Positions 1 to 9,957 of a DNA stretch of 64,000 nt are shown here, piece by piece (the first letter of the stretch is position 1; the number at the start of each line of letters is the position of its first letter). The DNA is taken from positions 3,870 through 67,869 of the forward strand of contig JAJCZF010000073.1 in the NCBI GenBank assembly GCA_029262535.1, in the 5' to 3' direction. The notes under the pieces were generated by a model that was not told where the DNA came from, made no database searches, and saw only the letters and a program-made list of their open reading frames with translations. The position numbers were made by a program, and so were the translations under genes. This stretch comes from Deltaproteobacteria bacterium (GTDB lineage Bacteria > Desulfobacterota > GWC2-55-46 > JAJCZF01).

Positions 1-278
1 AGCATGATTACGCCGATACCCTTCATGACCCTTAAAAAGAGGTCCTGGCTTCCGTCGACCGTGATCTGCATAGAGCCGGCCTCGCTAAATAGCGAACCCG
101 TGACATCCTTCAGGTTGTCGATGATATAACCGTTAAAGAAGTAAAAGATACCGAGCGCGCCGAGAAGTATCGCGACACTTGTGACATCCTTACTCTTGGC
201 TACCTGCCCCTTTTCTCTCGCTTGACTTAGTTTTCGGGGTGTAGCCTGTTCAGTTTTATCGTACTTATCTTCAGCCAA
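1..278 (-). CDS. flhB: Flagellar export switch protein FlhB, N-terminal part (runs off window)
   Basis: Manual translation from TTG at 278: MAEDKYDKTEQATPRKLSQAREKGQVAKSKDV, the canonical FlhB N-terminus (KTE.AT..KL..AR.KGQV.KS); lies directly after fliR, with a GGAG RBS. Confidence 0.93.
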   Translation of the reverse strand, partial: MAEDKYDKTEQATPRKLSQAREKGQVAKSKDVTSVAILLGALGIFYFFNGYIIDNLKDVTGSLFSEAGSMQITVDGSQDLFLRVMKGIGVIM

Positions 279-289
279 CGCCTTATCTC

Positions 290-1063
290 CTAGTGCGCGC
301 CGGTTCGCAGGAGGTCGAATATATCATTCGACATACCCCCGTACGAACTCGTTATGGTTGATACGACATAGGGCATGGCGAAAAATAACATCACGAGCCC
401 AAGCGTTATCGTTACCGGAAAACCTACTACGAAAATATTTAACTGCGGCACGGTCCTGGCCAGAATACCCATGGCGAGGTTGGCAAGCAGTATGGATATC
501 GATATCGGCGCGGCAAGCTTGAGGGCTATCTTAAAGATATCAAAGCCCATCTGAAGTATGCCGCTGTAAAGTGTCTCGTTAAGAGAAAAACCAAAGGGCG
601 GCACTACAAGAAAACACTCTTTAATGGCGCCGATGAAGATAAGATGTACGTTCAGCGCGAAGAATATAAAGATGCCGACCATATTATATACCTGAGCGAC
701 GACCGAGAGCTGACCGCTCGTGTGCGGGTCAACGACATTGGCCATTGCGAAACCCATCTGAATGCCTCCGAGCTGTCCGGCGAGCTCAAAACCGGCGATA
801 ACCATACGGGCCGCAAGGCCGAGCGTTAGACCTATAAGGATCTCCCTGAAAACAGAGAAGACGATACCTGGAAGCGTCTCAGGGATCGGCACCGGGGTCG
901 TAATGGTCGGAACGATCAGGATTGCGAGCATTATCGTGACCCCCATCTTGAGCGGCATCGGCACCGAGCGTCCGCCGAGAAAGGGTATGGCCGAGAGTAT
1001 GGCCAGCACCCTGACGAAGACGAAGAAGAATGTCTCGGTATTTGAAAATATCGTGTTCAGCAT
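290..1063 (-). CDS. fliR: Flagellar export gate protein FliR
   Basis: Hydrophobic 257 aa with AGQLGGIQMGFAMANVVDP and RTVPQLNIFVVGFP motifs; fliPQR synteny. Confidence 0.96.
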   Translation of the reverse strand: MLNTIFSNTETFFFVFVRVLAILSAIPFLGGRSVPMPLKMGVTIMLAILIVPTITTPVPIPETLPGIVFSVFREILIGLTLGLAARMVIAGFELAGQLGGIQMGFAMANVVDPHTSGQLSVVAQVYNMVGIFIFFALNVHLIFIGAIKECFLVVPPFGFSLNETLYSGILQMGFDIFKIALKLAAPISISILLANLAMGILARTVPQLNIFVVGFPVTITLGLVMLFFAMPYVVSTITSSYGGMSNDIFDLLRTGAH

Positions 1064-1066
1064 CTC

Positions 1067-1336
1067 TTAACCCACATAGTTTGGAAGGCTTGTCAGTAGC
1101 TCGCGCGTATAGTCGAGCATCATATTAAGCATCCAGGGTAAAAGTAAAAGAAGCACGGCGAACATTGCCAGTATCTTCGGGATGAAGGTAAGCGTCATCT
1201 CCTGCAACTGCGTAACGGCCTGAAAGAGGCTGACGGCAAGCCCGACGACAAGCGCCACGGAGAGTACCGGCAGGCTGATCATCAGAAGGACAAAGATAGC
1301 GTCCTGTGCGAGCGTTATTACGAGTTCGGGTGTCAT
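1067..1336 (-). CDS. fliQ: Flagellar export gate protein FliQ
   Basis: 89 aa, VSLFQAVTQLQEMTLTFIPK motif. Confidence 0.97.
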   Translation of the reverse strand: MTPELVITLAQDAIFVLLMISLPVLSVALVVGLAVSLFQAVTQLQEMTLTFIPKILAMFAVLLLLLPWMLNMMLDYTRELLTSLPNYVG

Positions 1337-2088
1337 AGATGAAAGCTCTCCACCATGGAGCCGATAAGAAGGCCCCAGCCGTCCACGAGGACGAATATCA
1401 TAAGTTTAAAAGGCAGCGATATCATTACGGGCGGCAACATGAACATACCCATACTCATAAGGATACTTGCTACGACCATATCTATAATCAGGAAGGGTAT
1501 GAAGATGACAAAACCTACCTGAAAGGCGTTCTTGAGTTCACTGGTGATAAATGCCGGTATAAGCACACTCGTCGGAACCCCTTCGTAATCTTCTACGTCC
1601 TTGACGTCGCCCATATCCATAAAGAGCTCTAGCGAGCTATCGGATACCTGTGAAAGCATAAATTTTCTAAATGGCACGATCCCCTTTTCAAAGGCCTGCT
1701 GTTCGCTCACCTCTTCATCGAGGTAAGGCACAACCGCGTCGTTATAAACTTCGGTAAGGACCGGTGACATAATAAAGAAGGTCATAAATAGAGCGATGCC
1801 AAGAAGTACCTGGTTAGGCGGGGTCTGCTGCAGACCCATTGCGTGGCGAAGCAGGGAAAATACTATTACAAACCTCGTAAATGAGGTCATCATAAGAATA
1901 ATAGCCGGAAGCAGCGTCAGGACCGTAAGCATTATTACGATCTTAATCGTCGTTGAGAAGCCCTCGCCCTCGGCAACCTTGAGGCTCATCTCCGGTAGCG
2001 ATATCGGCTCGTTCGCCGCCAGCCCGAAGGCCGGAAGCATTAAGACGATAAGCGCTATAAGCGGTAATATTTTAAAAAGAATCTTCAT
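1333..2088 (-). CDS. fliP: Flagellar export gate protein FliR-partner FliP
   Basis: MMTSFTRFVIVFSLLR, QTPPNQVL, MGMFMLPPVMISLPFKL motifs. Confidence 0.97.
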   Translation of the reverse strand: MKILFKILPLIALIVLMLPAFGLAANEPISLPEMSLKVAEGEGFSTTIKIVIMLTVLTLLPAIILMMTSFTRFVIVFSLLRHAMGLQQTPPNQVLLGIALFMTFFIMSPVLTEVYNDAVVPYLDEEVSEQQAFEKGIVPFRKFMLSQVSDSSLELFMDMGDVKDVEDYEGVPTSVLIPAFITSELKNAFQVGFVIFIPFLIIDMVVASILMSMGMFMLPPVMISLPFKLMIFVLVDGWGLLIGSMVESFHL

Positions 2089-2096
2089 AATAGTCT

Positions 2097-2696
2097 CTAT
2101 GCGTGCTCACTAAGGGCCGGGCCGGAAGCGGCCTTCTTTTTTTCTGTCATGGCCTTGCCGGTGTTGCGAAGAAGCGCTTTTACGCCCTCTACTTCGCTCT
2201 TCTTCACCGCCTGTGCCGGGTCTCTTTTTACTTTAGGAGCAGGAGCCTTGGCTGAGGCCTCTTTGGCCTCTTTCTTCTTCAAGTTAAGCGCGGCAAAGGG
2301 GTTTAATATATTTGAAAAGCTCTTCTTCAGGCCGCTACTTTTCAGAGAGCCCTTATTGGTCAGGAGCTTTTTAAAACCGTTCCCAACGCTATCGTTATCT
2401 GTGAATGCGTCTTCAAGCCTGTCGACGGTATCGGGATTATCTATCTTCGTAAGGTATGAGACCTGATCGCTTGAAACTCCGAGGACCAGATACTCTCCGG
2501 CGATATTAACGACCGAGACCGACTTCTTCGGGCCAAGCGGCAGATTATTCATGACGCGCATAACGCCCCTCTTCTTGCCTTTTATACCTCTAAGGCCGGT
2601 GCCGCCGCTCTGCTTCGAGTAGATCCAGATCACGAACCAGATGAGCGGTATTACCAAAAAGAGCGCTCCGATAAATTTTTGTGCCATCTCCGCCAT
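2097..2696 (-). CDS. fliO: Flagellar protein FliO/FliZ family with Lys-rich C-terminal extension
   Basis: Single N-terminal TM followed by LPLGPKKSVSVVNIAGEYLVLGVS (FliO signature); lies between fliN and fliP. Confidence 0.88.
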   Translation of the reverse strand: MAEMAQKFIGALFLVIPLIWFVIWIYSKQSGGTGLRGIKGKKRGVMRVMNNLPLGPKKSVSVVNIAGEYLVLGVSSDQVSYLTKIDNPDTVDRLEDAFTDNDSVGNGFKKLLTNKGSLKSSGLKKSFSNILNPFAALNLKKKEAKEASAKAPAPKVKRDPAQAVKKSEVEGVKALLRNTGKAMTEKKKAASGPALSEHA

Positions 2697-2707
2697 CGTC
2701 TTATCCT

Positions 2708-3061
2708 TTACTTCCTGAGCTGCTTGATGCGCTCGACCGGGCTTATGATATCGGTAAGCCTTACGCCGAACTTTTCATTTACCGCCACTACCTCGCCCTT
2801 TGCGACCAGGCGGTCGTTTACCAGAACTTCCATCGGCTCTCCTGCCGCCTTGTCAAGCTCTATCACCGAGCCGTGGCCGAGTTGAAGCAGATCGTTAATG
2901 AGCATCCTGACCCTGCCGACCTCGACCGAGACCGTGATCGGGATATCGAGTATCCTCGAAATATTGTCGTTTACATCCGAGGGCTCTTCGTTGATTATCT
3001 CGTCAAAGTCGGCCGGAGCCGCCTCCGTGTCGCCTGCTGTCAGATCTATCTCTTCTACCAT
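2708..3061 (-). CDS. fliN: Flagellar motor switch protein FliN
   Basis: ILDIPITVSVEVGR...GEVVAVNEKFGVR SpoA domain; ATG at 3061 follows GAAGGGGAG RBS (ORF track start 3085 is probably too long). Confidence 0.96.
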   Translation of the reverse strand: MVEEIDLTAGDTEAAPADFDEIINEEPSDVNDNISRILDIPITVSVEVGRVRMLINDLLQLGHGSVIELDKAAGEPMEVLVNDRLVAKGEVVAVNEKFGVRLTDIISPVERIKQLRK

Positions 3062-3065
3062 TTGA

Positions 3066-4055
3066 TTACTCCCCTTCCTGTTCAATAAATTCCAAAAGCT
3101 TTATAGCGTACTGCCCGTCGCTTATACCGGGTTTGCCTGTAAACTTAAGCACCTTCTCTACATGTACCCTCGCCGGTTCGGTCATCTTTTGATCGAGCAT
3201 AATGACGTCTCCGGTATTCAAGGTCAAGAGATCTTCTATCTTTATCTCGGTCGTTCCTATCTCTGCCGATATCTCGACGTCGGTGCGCCTCATCTCCTCT
3301 TCGATCATCTCGGCCCAGCGGTTATCTACATCCATCTGGTCGCTCTGGTAGGTGGCGTAGAGTTTGTCCTTGATCGGCTCCATCGACGAGTAAGGTATGC
3401 ACATCGACATATTGCAAGAGCGCCCTTCTATCTCAATCTGGAAGTGAGATACGATTACTATCTCGGTCGGCACGACTACATTCACAAACTGCGGAGACAA
3501 TTCAGAGCGGTTGTATATGAACTCCAGCGGGAAGACCGGCTTCCACGAGGTCTGCATATCGATGAATACGCGGTCGGTAATCTTTCGAATAACGCGTTGC
3601 TCAAATGTCGTAAACTCCCTGCCCTCTACCCTTGTAAGGTCTCTGCCCGAACCGCCGAAGTAGTTATCGAGTACGATAAAGATCAGGTTCGCTTCGAATA
3701 CCATCAGCGAAAGCCCCCTGAGCGGCGATATCTGAAAGACATTAAAAGAGGCGGGAAGAGCAATCTTTGAGATATACTCCGCATACTTCATCATTGAGAC
3801 ACCCTCGACCGTAACATCCGCAATCTTACGAATAAGGTTGAAGAGAGAGAGACGAAAGTGTCTGCAAAATTGCTCGTTGATGATCTCAAGGGTCGGCAGT
3901 TTGCCTCGAACGACTCGCTCCTTACTGGTTATAAGGTTATACTCGTCTGAGGGTAGATTCTCCGCACTCTGGTCGCCCTCTGTTCCAACGGCTCCAGCGC
4001 TAACACCCTTCATCAGGGCGTCGACTTCTTGCTGACTTAAGACCTTTTCAGCCAT
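3066..4055 (-). CDS. fliM: Flagellar motor switch protein FliM
   Basis: N-terminal CheY-binding LSQQEVDALM, LPTLEIINEQF, C-terminal SpoA domain. Confidence 0.97.
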   Translation of the reverse strand: MAEKVLSQQEVDALMKGVSAGAVGTEGDQSAENLPSDEYNLITSKERVVRGKLPTLEIINEQFCRHFRLSLFNLIRKIADVTVEGVSMMKYAEYISKIALPASFNVFQISPLRGLSLMVFEANLIFIVLDNYFGGSGRDLTRVEGREFTTFEQRVIRKITDRVFIDMQTSWKPVFPLEFIYNRSELSPQFVNVVVPTEIVIVSHFQIEIEGRSCNMSMCIPYSSMEPIKDKLYATYQSDQMDVDNRWAEMIEEEMRRTDVEISAEIGTTEIKIEDLLTLNTGDVIMLDQKMTEPARVHVEKVLKFTGKPGISDGQYAIKLLEFIEQEGE

Positions 4056-4102
4056 AACATTCTCATTTTCTAAGGTTTAGGGGCTCTTTCGACCCCGGAC
4101 GT

Positions 4103-4612
4103 CTACTGGATCACGAATTCCGTAAAGTAAACACTCTTTATCTTGCCCTTGGAGATAATCATATTTACGCGGGCGGCTATCTCGTCTCTTAACTGGTACT
4201 TGCCCGCAACCGATATGATATCGCCATGCTCTTTACTACTAAGAAGTATGATGACAGAGTCTCTGATCTGGGCAGTCTTTGCCTCGACCTCTTCCTTCAT
4301 AGACTCGTCTACCTCCATATTGATCGTGATCTTAAGGTATCTGTTGCCGCCCGAGGCCAGAAGATTCACAACAAATGGCTCAAAAGCGACAACTGTCGCC
4401 GTCGACTCGGCCTCTTCGAGCGCTGCGGCCGCTTCAGCCGCCTCTTCCTCGGTCAACTCGACCGGTTTTTCCTTTAAAAAGAGAAAATAACCGGCTCCGC
4501 CGCCTCCGAGTATGATAATGAGAGCGGCTATTATGATAATTAATTTCTTTTTTGACTTTTTAGCGGGTTTGTCTTCCGCTTTTTCGTCTTTTGCTGCTTC
4601 TTCGTCGGCCAT
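4103..4612 (-). CDS. fliL: Flagellar basal body-associated protein FliL
   Basis: KKKLIII TM, PFVVNL...RYLK, IRDSVIILLSSK, VYFTEFVIQ; ATG at 4612 follows AAGGGGAG RBS. Confidence 0.95.
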   Translation of the reverse strand: MADEEAAKDEKAEDKPAKKSKKKLIIIIAALIIILGGGGAGYFLFLKEKPVELTEEEAAEAAAALEEAESTATVVAFEPFVVNLLASGGNRYLKITINMEVDESMKEEVEAKTAQIRDSVIILLSSKEHGDIISVAGKYQLRDEIAARVNMIISKGKIKSVYFTEFVIQ

Positions 4613-4758
4613 CTTATTGCTCCCCTTTCGGTTTATAATTACAAAAACTTTTAAAAACACTTTCAGGCGCGGATTAAAAGACCGTCAACCGTCGAAAAAA
4701 TTGCCTCGCGAAAATTGGTTGCTGGCGCTGTCCGCTTATTATACTAGTCCTGATAATC

Positions 4759-4773
4759 GCAACAAGCGTGCCA
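4759..4773 (-). promoter_or_regulatory. Sigma54 -24/-12 promoter for fliL-flhB operon
   Basis: Minus strand reads TGGCAC-GCTTG-TTGC, matching consensus TGGCAC-N5-TTGC. Confidence 0.85.
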
Positions 4774-4839
4774 AGGTTTATAAAGGCTGGATTTTAAAGA
4801 GTTTTAAGACGCAGGTGTAGAAAAGAAGGGTTTATCTAA

Positions 4840-4896
4840 TGTCGTAATTGTGACGGATTATTGTCGTAAGGGCCCCGGGCGTCAAGAAACTGACGC
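4840..4896. promoter_or_regulatory. Putative enhancer boxes for a FleQ/FlrA-type bEBP
   Basis: GTC-gtaattgt-GAC (4841-4854) and perfect palindrome GCGTCA-agaaac-TGACGC (4879-4896), about 70-120 bp upstream of the sigma54 site; same GTC-N8-GAC form as upstream of flgB. Confidence 0.6.
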
Positions 4897-5008
4897 GACA
4901 AAGGGGATTAGTGCGAGAACTGCCGGCCTATTGAGCGCGGACAGGGAATTGACCGGTCACCTCGAAGAGCGGCGCGAAATTGGCCCCGCACACTGTGCGG
5001 AAAAATGT

Positions 5009-5042
5009 CCTGCAAGAGGGGCCACCACGCCCCTCTTGCAGG
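5009..5042 (-). terminator. Intrinsic terminator after flgE
   Basis: 14-bp perfect stem CCTGCAAGAGGGGC/GCCCCTCTTGCAGG followed on minus strand by acATTTTT. Confidence 0.7.
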
Positions 5043-5120
5043 TTCTAATATCCTCGGAGAAATTACTATGGGAGTAGATTTTATTTCTACACAAAGGATA
5101 TTTAGGTGAAACGCCTTATA

Positions 5121-6779
5121 TTAACGCTTGAGGTTTACCAGTTCGTTCAGTATCTCGTCGGTCGTGGTGATGACCCTTGAGTTTGCCTGAAAACCTCGTT
5201 GCGCAGTTATCATCTTTACGAACTCTTCGGCGATATCTACTGTGGATAGCTCCAAAGAGCTTGAATGAATAAGTCCTAATCCGCCGGTTGAAGCGGTGCC
5301 CACAAGTGCGGTGCCGGAGCTATTGGACTCTGCGAAAAGATTGCCCCCGACCTTTTCGAGCCCCTGGGCATTTGTGAAGTCGGCCATAGCGACCTGTGCG
5401 AGCGCCCTACTTATACCATTACTATATATTCCCATAACTACACCATCTTTGTCAACAAAAGTACGTTGCAAGGTGCCTACCGGATAGCCGTCCTGGTTCT
5501 GCTGGAAGACGAATGAATCTTCGCTATACTGGGTCACTCCCGTCAGGCCGTCCGAGCCTTCGGTTATGGAATTACCGAAATCAAATGAGATTACCTGACC
5601 CTGCGTCGGGCCTCCGGCAAATTCGAAACCGCCACTGGTCGTATTGTATGTAATGGCGCTCTCCGAATTAAGCGCGCCGCCGGTCGAAAAGTCGAGCGTG
5701 CCCTGCGCCTGTATTTCGGTCACCGCGTTTGTGCTGTCTTCGCCCTCTACAACCGCGAACCATTCCCATGTATTACCGGTTGCCGCGATGTCGGACTTTC
5801 TAAAGTAGACCGAGACCTGGTGCGGGTTTCCAAGGGAATCGTAGACCGTTACGGCTGTTGAGAAATTTGATGTCTGGACCGGGTTTCCAACGTCGAAATT
5901 ACCGGCTGTTACGTCCGAGCTGTCCATCACCCCGCCGGCTATCAGACCTGAATCGACGGCGGTAAAACCCAGTGTATCGGCGATATTCGAAGTGGACCAG
6001 TTGAGTTCCAGATCGACATTGGTCGTATCCGATGTAATATTAAATGTTCCGGTAATAGGGGTATAGGCTACCGAGAATTTCGTGCCGGGGGCCTTGGCCT
6101 CAAGCGCGGTCTTTATGGCTGCGGCTACCTCTTCACCGGTATATGCCTGCCCTTCTACAAGTCCGTCGTCCGTTATAAGGCTCGCACTATACTGAGTCGC
6201 CGCGCCGAGCGGGTCTAGCGTTATATCGATGGTGTCGTTTACGCCCAACTCAAAGACAAAACCTGAGACGTCGCTATTGGAATCAAGGTTAGCGACCATA
6301 TCTATGGCCGTGCTTGATCTCGGCTGTACCGGGGCGAAGTCGAGCTGTATGTCGCTCGTTGCGCTGCCGATATTACCGGCGCTATCGGCCAGGTAACCCT
6401 GAAGCACATTTTGACTCGGATCGACCAGAAGGCCGCTCTTATCAAAGCTGAATTGGCCGGCGCGAGTATAATAGGTCGAACCCGCGCCGTTTTTCACTAC
6501 AAAGAAGCCGTCGCCTTCGATGGCCATGTCCGTCGCGCTCGAAGTGCTTTCCACTCCGCCCTGTGAGAAGACCGGATCTATCGAACCGGTCATGACGCCG
6601 AGCCCAAGCTGGTTGGACCCGCTAAGCGAGCTGAGATTTTGACTCATAAGATCGTTAAAGCTTACCCGGCTTCCCTTGAAACCTATCGTATTCATATTGG
6701 ATAAATTATTGCCGATTACCGACATTGAATTCATATTGGCCTTTACGCCGCTCGTCCCTGAGAATAGTGATGATAACAT
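5121..6779 (-). CDS. flgE: Flagellar hook protein FlgE (long form)
   Basis: SLFSGTSG...VIGNNLSNMNTIGFK, YYTRAGQF, LELSTVDIAEEFVKMITAQRGFQANSRVITTTD; ATG at 6779 follows AAGGAG. Confidence 0.96.
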   Translation of the reverse strand: MLSSLFSGTSGVKANMNSMSVIGNNLSNMNTIGFKGSRVSFNDLMSQNLSSLSGSNQLGLGVMTGSIDPVFSQGGVESTSSATDMAIEGDGFFVVKNGAGSTYYTRAGQFSFDKSGLLVDPSQNVLQGYLADSAGNIGSATSDIQLDFAPVQPRSSTAIDMVANLDSNSDVSGFVFELGVNDTIDITLDPLGAATQYSASLITDDGLVEGQAYTGEEVAAAIKTALEAKAPGTKFSVAYTPITGTFNITSDTTNVDLELNWSTSNIADTLGFTAVDSGLIAGGVMDSSDVTAGNFDVGNPVQTSNFSTAVTVYDSLGNPHQVSVYFRKSDIAATGNTWEWFAVVEGEDSTNAVTEIQAQGTLDFSTGGALNSESAITYNTTSGGFEFAGGPTQGQVISFDFGNSITEGSDGLTGVTQYSEDSFVFQQNQDGYPVGTLQRTFVDKDGVVMGIYSNGISRALAQVAMADFTNAQGLEKVGGNLFAESNSSGTALVGTASTGGLGLIHSSSLELSTVDIAEEFVKMITAQRGFQANSRVITTTDEILNELVNLKR

Positions 6780-6830
6780 TTTATGGCTCCTTTCAATTGA
6801 GCACTGGGGTAGACGTCCCTTTCTACCCAT

Positions 6831-7508
6831 TTATAGCGAACTCTCCCGAATCTCGTTTATGCTGTTATAATTAACCTTCTGTCCATTTATCAAGAGGAAA
6901 GGCGTATCGTTCTCAAATACAACGCCCTCGACCGTGTCTATCATATAGCTATCGGCTCCAACTCTGGAACCGTCTCTATTCGTGCCCATTACGGCATAGC
7001 TGTAGTTGCCTGCCGGAAGTTGGTTTCCGTCATTGTCCATGCCGTCCCATGTGAGACTTGCGGGGCCTATACCCATATGGCCCGCTTCGATGGCGCGAAC
7101 CGGAGTGCCTAGATGGTTGTATATATTTACGCTGACCGAATCGGCCCTGTCGCTCATAACAAAGTCCATCCGGGCCGTGCCGCCCTCGGCGAGTTCAAGG
7201 CCGCTTCCGGGAAGTTTTACTTCCTTACCGATCAGCCCGGCGACATTGAGATTTTTCATATTAACAAGAGACGAACTCATCGTCTCCATATTGCTACTCA
7301 TATTCGTAATGCCCTCAAGCGTGCTGAACTGTGCCATCTGCGCGATAAAGTCGGTATTCTTCAATGGATCGAGCGGGTCCTGATACTCAAGCTGGACCGC
7401 GAGTAGTTTGAGAAACTCGTCCTTGCCGAGGTCATCGGCCTTTGTTGCCGCCTCAATCGAAGCAGGATTCTGCCCGCTCATAAATGAATTTATTGATGAT
7501 GTATCCAT
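6831..7508 (-). CDS. flgD: Flagellar hook capping protein FlgD
   Basis: LGKDEFLKLLAVQLEYQDPLDP..NTDFIAQMAQFS, WDGMDNDG. Confidence 0.96.
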   Translation of the reverse strand: MDTSSINSFMSGQNPASIEAATKADDLGKDEFLKLLAVQLEYQDPLDPLKNTDFIAQMAQFSTLEGITNMSSNMETMSSSLVNMKNLNVAGLIGKEVKLPGSGLELAEGGTARMDFVMSDRADSVSVNIYNHLGTPVRAIEAGHMGIGPASLTWDGMDNDGNQLPAGNYSYAVMGTNRDGSRVGADSYMIDTVEGVVFENDTPFLLINGQKVNYNSINEIRESSL

Positions 7509-7646
7509 AATCCTCTACCGCCTTCCATGGCATTCGTTAAGATTGATCTTTACTATAAAGCGCTTCATATCTCCGTCGCGGGCTACAAGTCCGCAGGCGG
7601 TTAAGAACTCTCTGCGCGAAAGAAGAGCACACCTGTGTGCTGTGCG

Positions 7647-8951
7647 CTAGATAAAGAGGTCTACTTCCGCGTCTCCGGTCGCCTGCGTAGCTGCTGGCGG
7701 CACTATATCACTCTCATCCTCTAACAGACCCCGGGTAGAGCGGCGTGATTCGGCTCCTTTGTCGCCACCTCCCAGTTCGCCGCCCGCGTTCTGTTGAGTT
7801 TTAGCGTCTATCTCTACTATAATCTCGTCCACCGAAAGGCCCTGTGCCTCAAGCGAGCTCTTTAAGGTAGCTATATTGGCTTCGAGCGTCTCCTTAACCA
7901 ACGGGTTCTCCGCCTTAAGTACGGCCTTTACGATATTATCTTTCATCTCAATATCGATCTTCATCTTGCCCAGTTCCGGCGGGGTCAAGGTGATGGTCGC
8001 CTTCTTAAGCCCTAACCTCATCAGTACGGTAAGGCGCGATGTCGCCGTCTTTACCAGTACGCGTTCAAGGGCTTCTTTCGTCATGGGAGCGCCTGCCCCT
8101 CTAGCGGCGGAGCTCTTTGAAGTCGAGGGCGCGCCCTTTATAGAAGTCAGATCGGTTGTGGCTCCGGCTCCGGCGCTATCTTTAATAGAAGCCGCAAGCA
8201 GTTCCTTTGTTGACGCCTGGCCAACCTTTAAAGACTCCGCCATCTCAATATCGGACGGGTTCAGGCCGGAGGCGCCGGTGCCCGCCGCGGCTGCCGCGAT
8301 CTTTGCCTCTAGATTTCCACTGCCGCTTCCCTCTTCGGGGTTATCCGAGCTGTCGGCACTATCTCCTGCAAAGGCCTCGGCTGCTGCCTCGGTCTCTGCT
8401 ACACTTACGGCCTCTTGGGCAGCGGCTTCTTTCGTTGCTTCTTTAGTTGCTTCCGCCGCCGCTTCCCTGGTGATATTTTGAGCGCTTTTTTGAGTCGTGC
8501 TATCTGACTTTGAATTTAGCGCGGCCTCGGTCGCTCCCTTTTCAGCCCTCTTAGATTCGGTCGCGGCCTGGCGAGACTCTTTCATATTCTCACTTGAATT
8601 ATTAATATCTTTATCAACTCCGGTCCTTGCTTTTGACTCGGCACCGGCTGTAAAATCTTTCGTTCCTGCCCCTGCTCCTACTTCGGCGGCGGTTTTTTCC
8701 GAGAAAGAGCTTGCGTTTGAAGTTGCCGCCTCGTGTACCGATGAGAAAGACGGCTCAAGCTTTGTATCGGAATGCAGCGCGAATCTATTTTCGGGCATCA
8801 CCTCCGGAGCGAGAAATGGATAGATACTCAGGAGAAATTCCTTCTCAAACTCTTTTGAGATGGGCCCGTCGTCATTTGGCCTGGAAAAAGAGTTCTTCTC
8901 TCTGCCTGCTGGTGTAGAGCTAATCAGTTCAAATCCGTTTGCCTGTGTCAT
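7647..8951 (-). CDS. fliK: Flagellar hook-length control protein FliK
   Basis: Low-complexity Ala/Ser/Glu N-terminus plus C-terminal T3S4 domain (ITLTPPELGKMKI...LKSSLEAQGL). Confidence 0.88.
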   Translation of the reverse strand: MTQANGFELISSTPAGREKNSFSRPNDDGPISKEFEKEFLLSIYPFLAPEVMPENRFALHSDTKLEPSFSSVHEAATSNASSFSEKTAAEVGAGAGTKDFTAGAESKARTGVDKDINNSSENMKESRQAATESKRAEKGATEAALNSKSDSTTQKSAQNITREAAAEATKEATKEAAAQEAVSVAETEAAAEAFAGDSADSSDNPEEGSGSGNLEAKIAAAAAGTGASGLNPSDIEMAESLKVGQASTKELLAASIKDSAGAGATTDLTSIKGAPSTSKSSAARGAGAPMTKEALERVLVKTATSRLTVLMRLGLKKATITLTPPELGKMKIDIEMKDNIVKAVLKAENPLVKETLEANIATLKSSLEAQGLSVDEIIVEIDAKTQQNAGGELGGGDKGAESRRSTRGLLEDESDIVPPAATQATGDAEVDLFI

Positions 8952-9508
8952 TTTGTCAGATCCTCTCCCGGTATTATACTTTGACCGAATCCCTCTGAAA
9001 GTATTGCAGCCCTGTCCGGCGCTACAAAGGCGAGCATCCTGCCCGACTTCCTGCTCTTCATCTTTTTAAGTATCCTTACGGCGAGCTCCGGCTCGACCTC
9101 GGTTATCCTCTTTGCGCCTTCCTCCGGCGGCATATTCTCATAGACCTTTGCAAGGTCGCTTATCTGCTTCTGGTCGAGCTTTCTCATATTCTCCAATATT
9201 TCATTGAGCTTGGCGTTAGCCGTCTCAACGGCCCTCAGCCGTTCCTCTATCTCTAACTTTAACTTTTCAAGATTGCTCTCTTCTTCACGTAATCTTTCTT
9301 CGCGTTCGTTCAGTTCATTATTTCTGCGCGTCATGGCATCGAAAAGATCCTTGGGGCCCTCGTCGGCTATCGGTATTTCGTTATAATTATACTGGCTCCT
9401 GTCGTCGGCGGAGGCGGCAAGCGCCGGCACGGAAGGGAGCGTGGCAGTTATAAAGGCCGCAAAGGTCACTGCCGATAGATAAGGTCTTATTTTTATAATA
9501 ATATTCAT
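8948..9508 (-). CDS. MotE/YlxF-like flagellar protein (coiled coil plus MgtE-N-like domain)
   Basis: Signal/TM, coiled coil, LAKVYENMPPEEGAK and ILKKMKSRKSGRML repeats; position between fliJ and fliK. Confidence 0.8.
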   Translation of the reverse strand: MNIIIKIRPYLSAVTFAAFITATLPSVPALAASADDRSQYNYNEIPIADEGPKDLFDAMTRRNNELNEREERLREEESNLEKLKLEIEERLRAVETANAKLNEILENMRKLDQKQISDLAKVYENMPPEEGAKRITEVEPELAVRILKKMKSRKSGRMLAFVAPDRAAILSEGFGQSIIPGEDLTK

Positions 9509-9957
9509 TACTTAGTCTCGTTTACCTGCTTTGCGAACTTCGTTACGCTATGCTCGTCAAGTATCTTTATATCAAACTTCTCAGAGGCCTCTTTATACTC
9601 CTTGTGGCGTTTTTCCTTGAGATTTTCAAGGACCTTCTTCTCCCTTGTGGCCTCGACCAGTTCAAGCCTCTTTGCCTCTGCCTTTTCCACGCACTCGGCA
9701 AGGATCAGGCGACACTCTGTGACCTGGGCCTTAACGCCGCTAAAGTAACCGTTATAGATGGCCAGTTGCGGCACTGTGAATTCGCCTTTTTCAACCATCA
9801 GGGCGCGCTCTCTTAATACACCGGCGTCGAGCTTCTCAAGGGCCTCTTCCTCCACCCTGACGGCGGCCTGAAGAACAGAAAATTCCTCTTTAAGCAAACC
9901 CTCGATCCTCTCGCGGTAGGTGAGTATCGACTCCAGATTAAATCTGTATTGTTTCAC
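9508..9957 (-). CDS. fliJ: Flagellar export protein FliJ
   Basis: YRFNLESILTYRERIE N-terminus, EKKVLENLKEK, LDE; follows fliI. Confidence 0.9.
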   Translation of the reverse strand: MKQYRFNLESILTYRERIEGLLKEEFSVLQAAVRVEEEALEKLDAGVLRERALMVEKGEFTVPQLAIYNGYFSGVKAQVTECRLILAECVEKAEAKRLELVEATREKKVLENLKEKRHKEYKEASEKFDIKILDEHSVTKFAKQVNETK

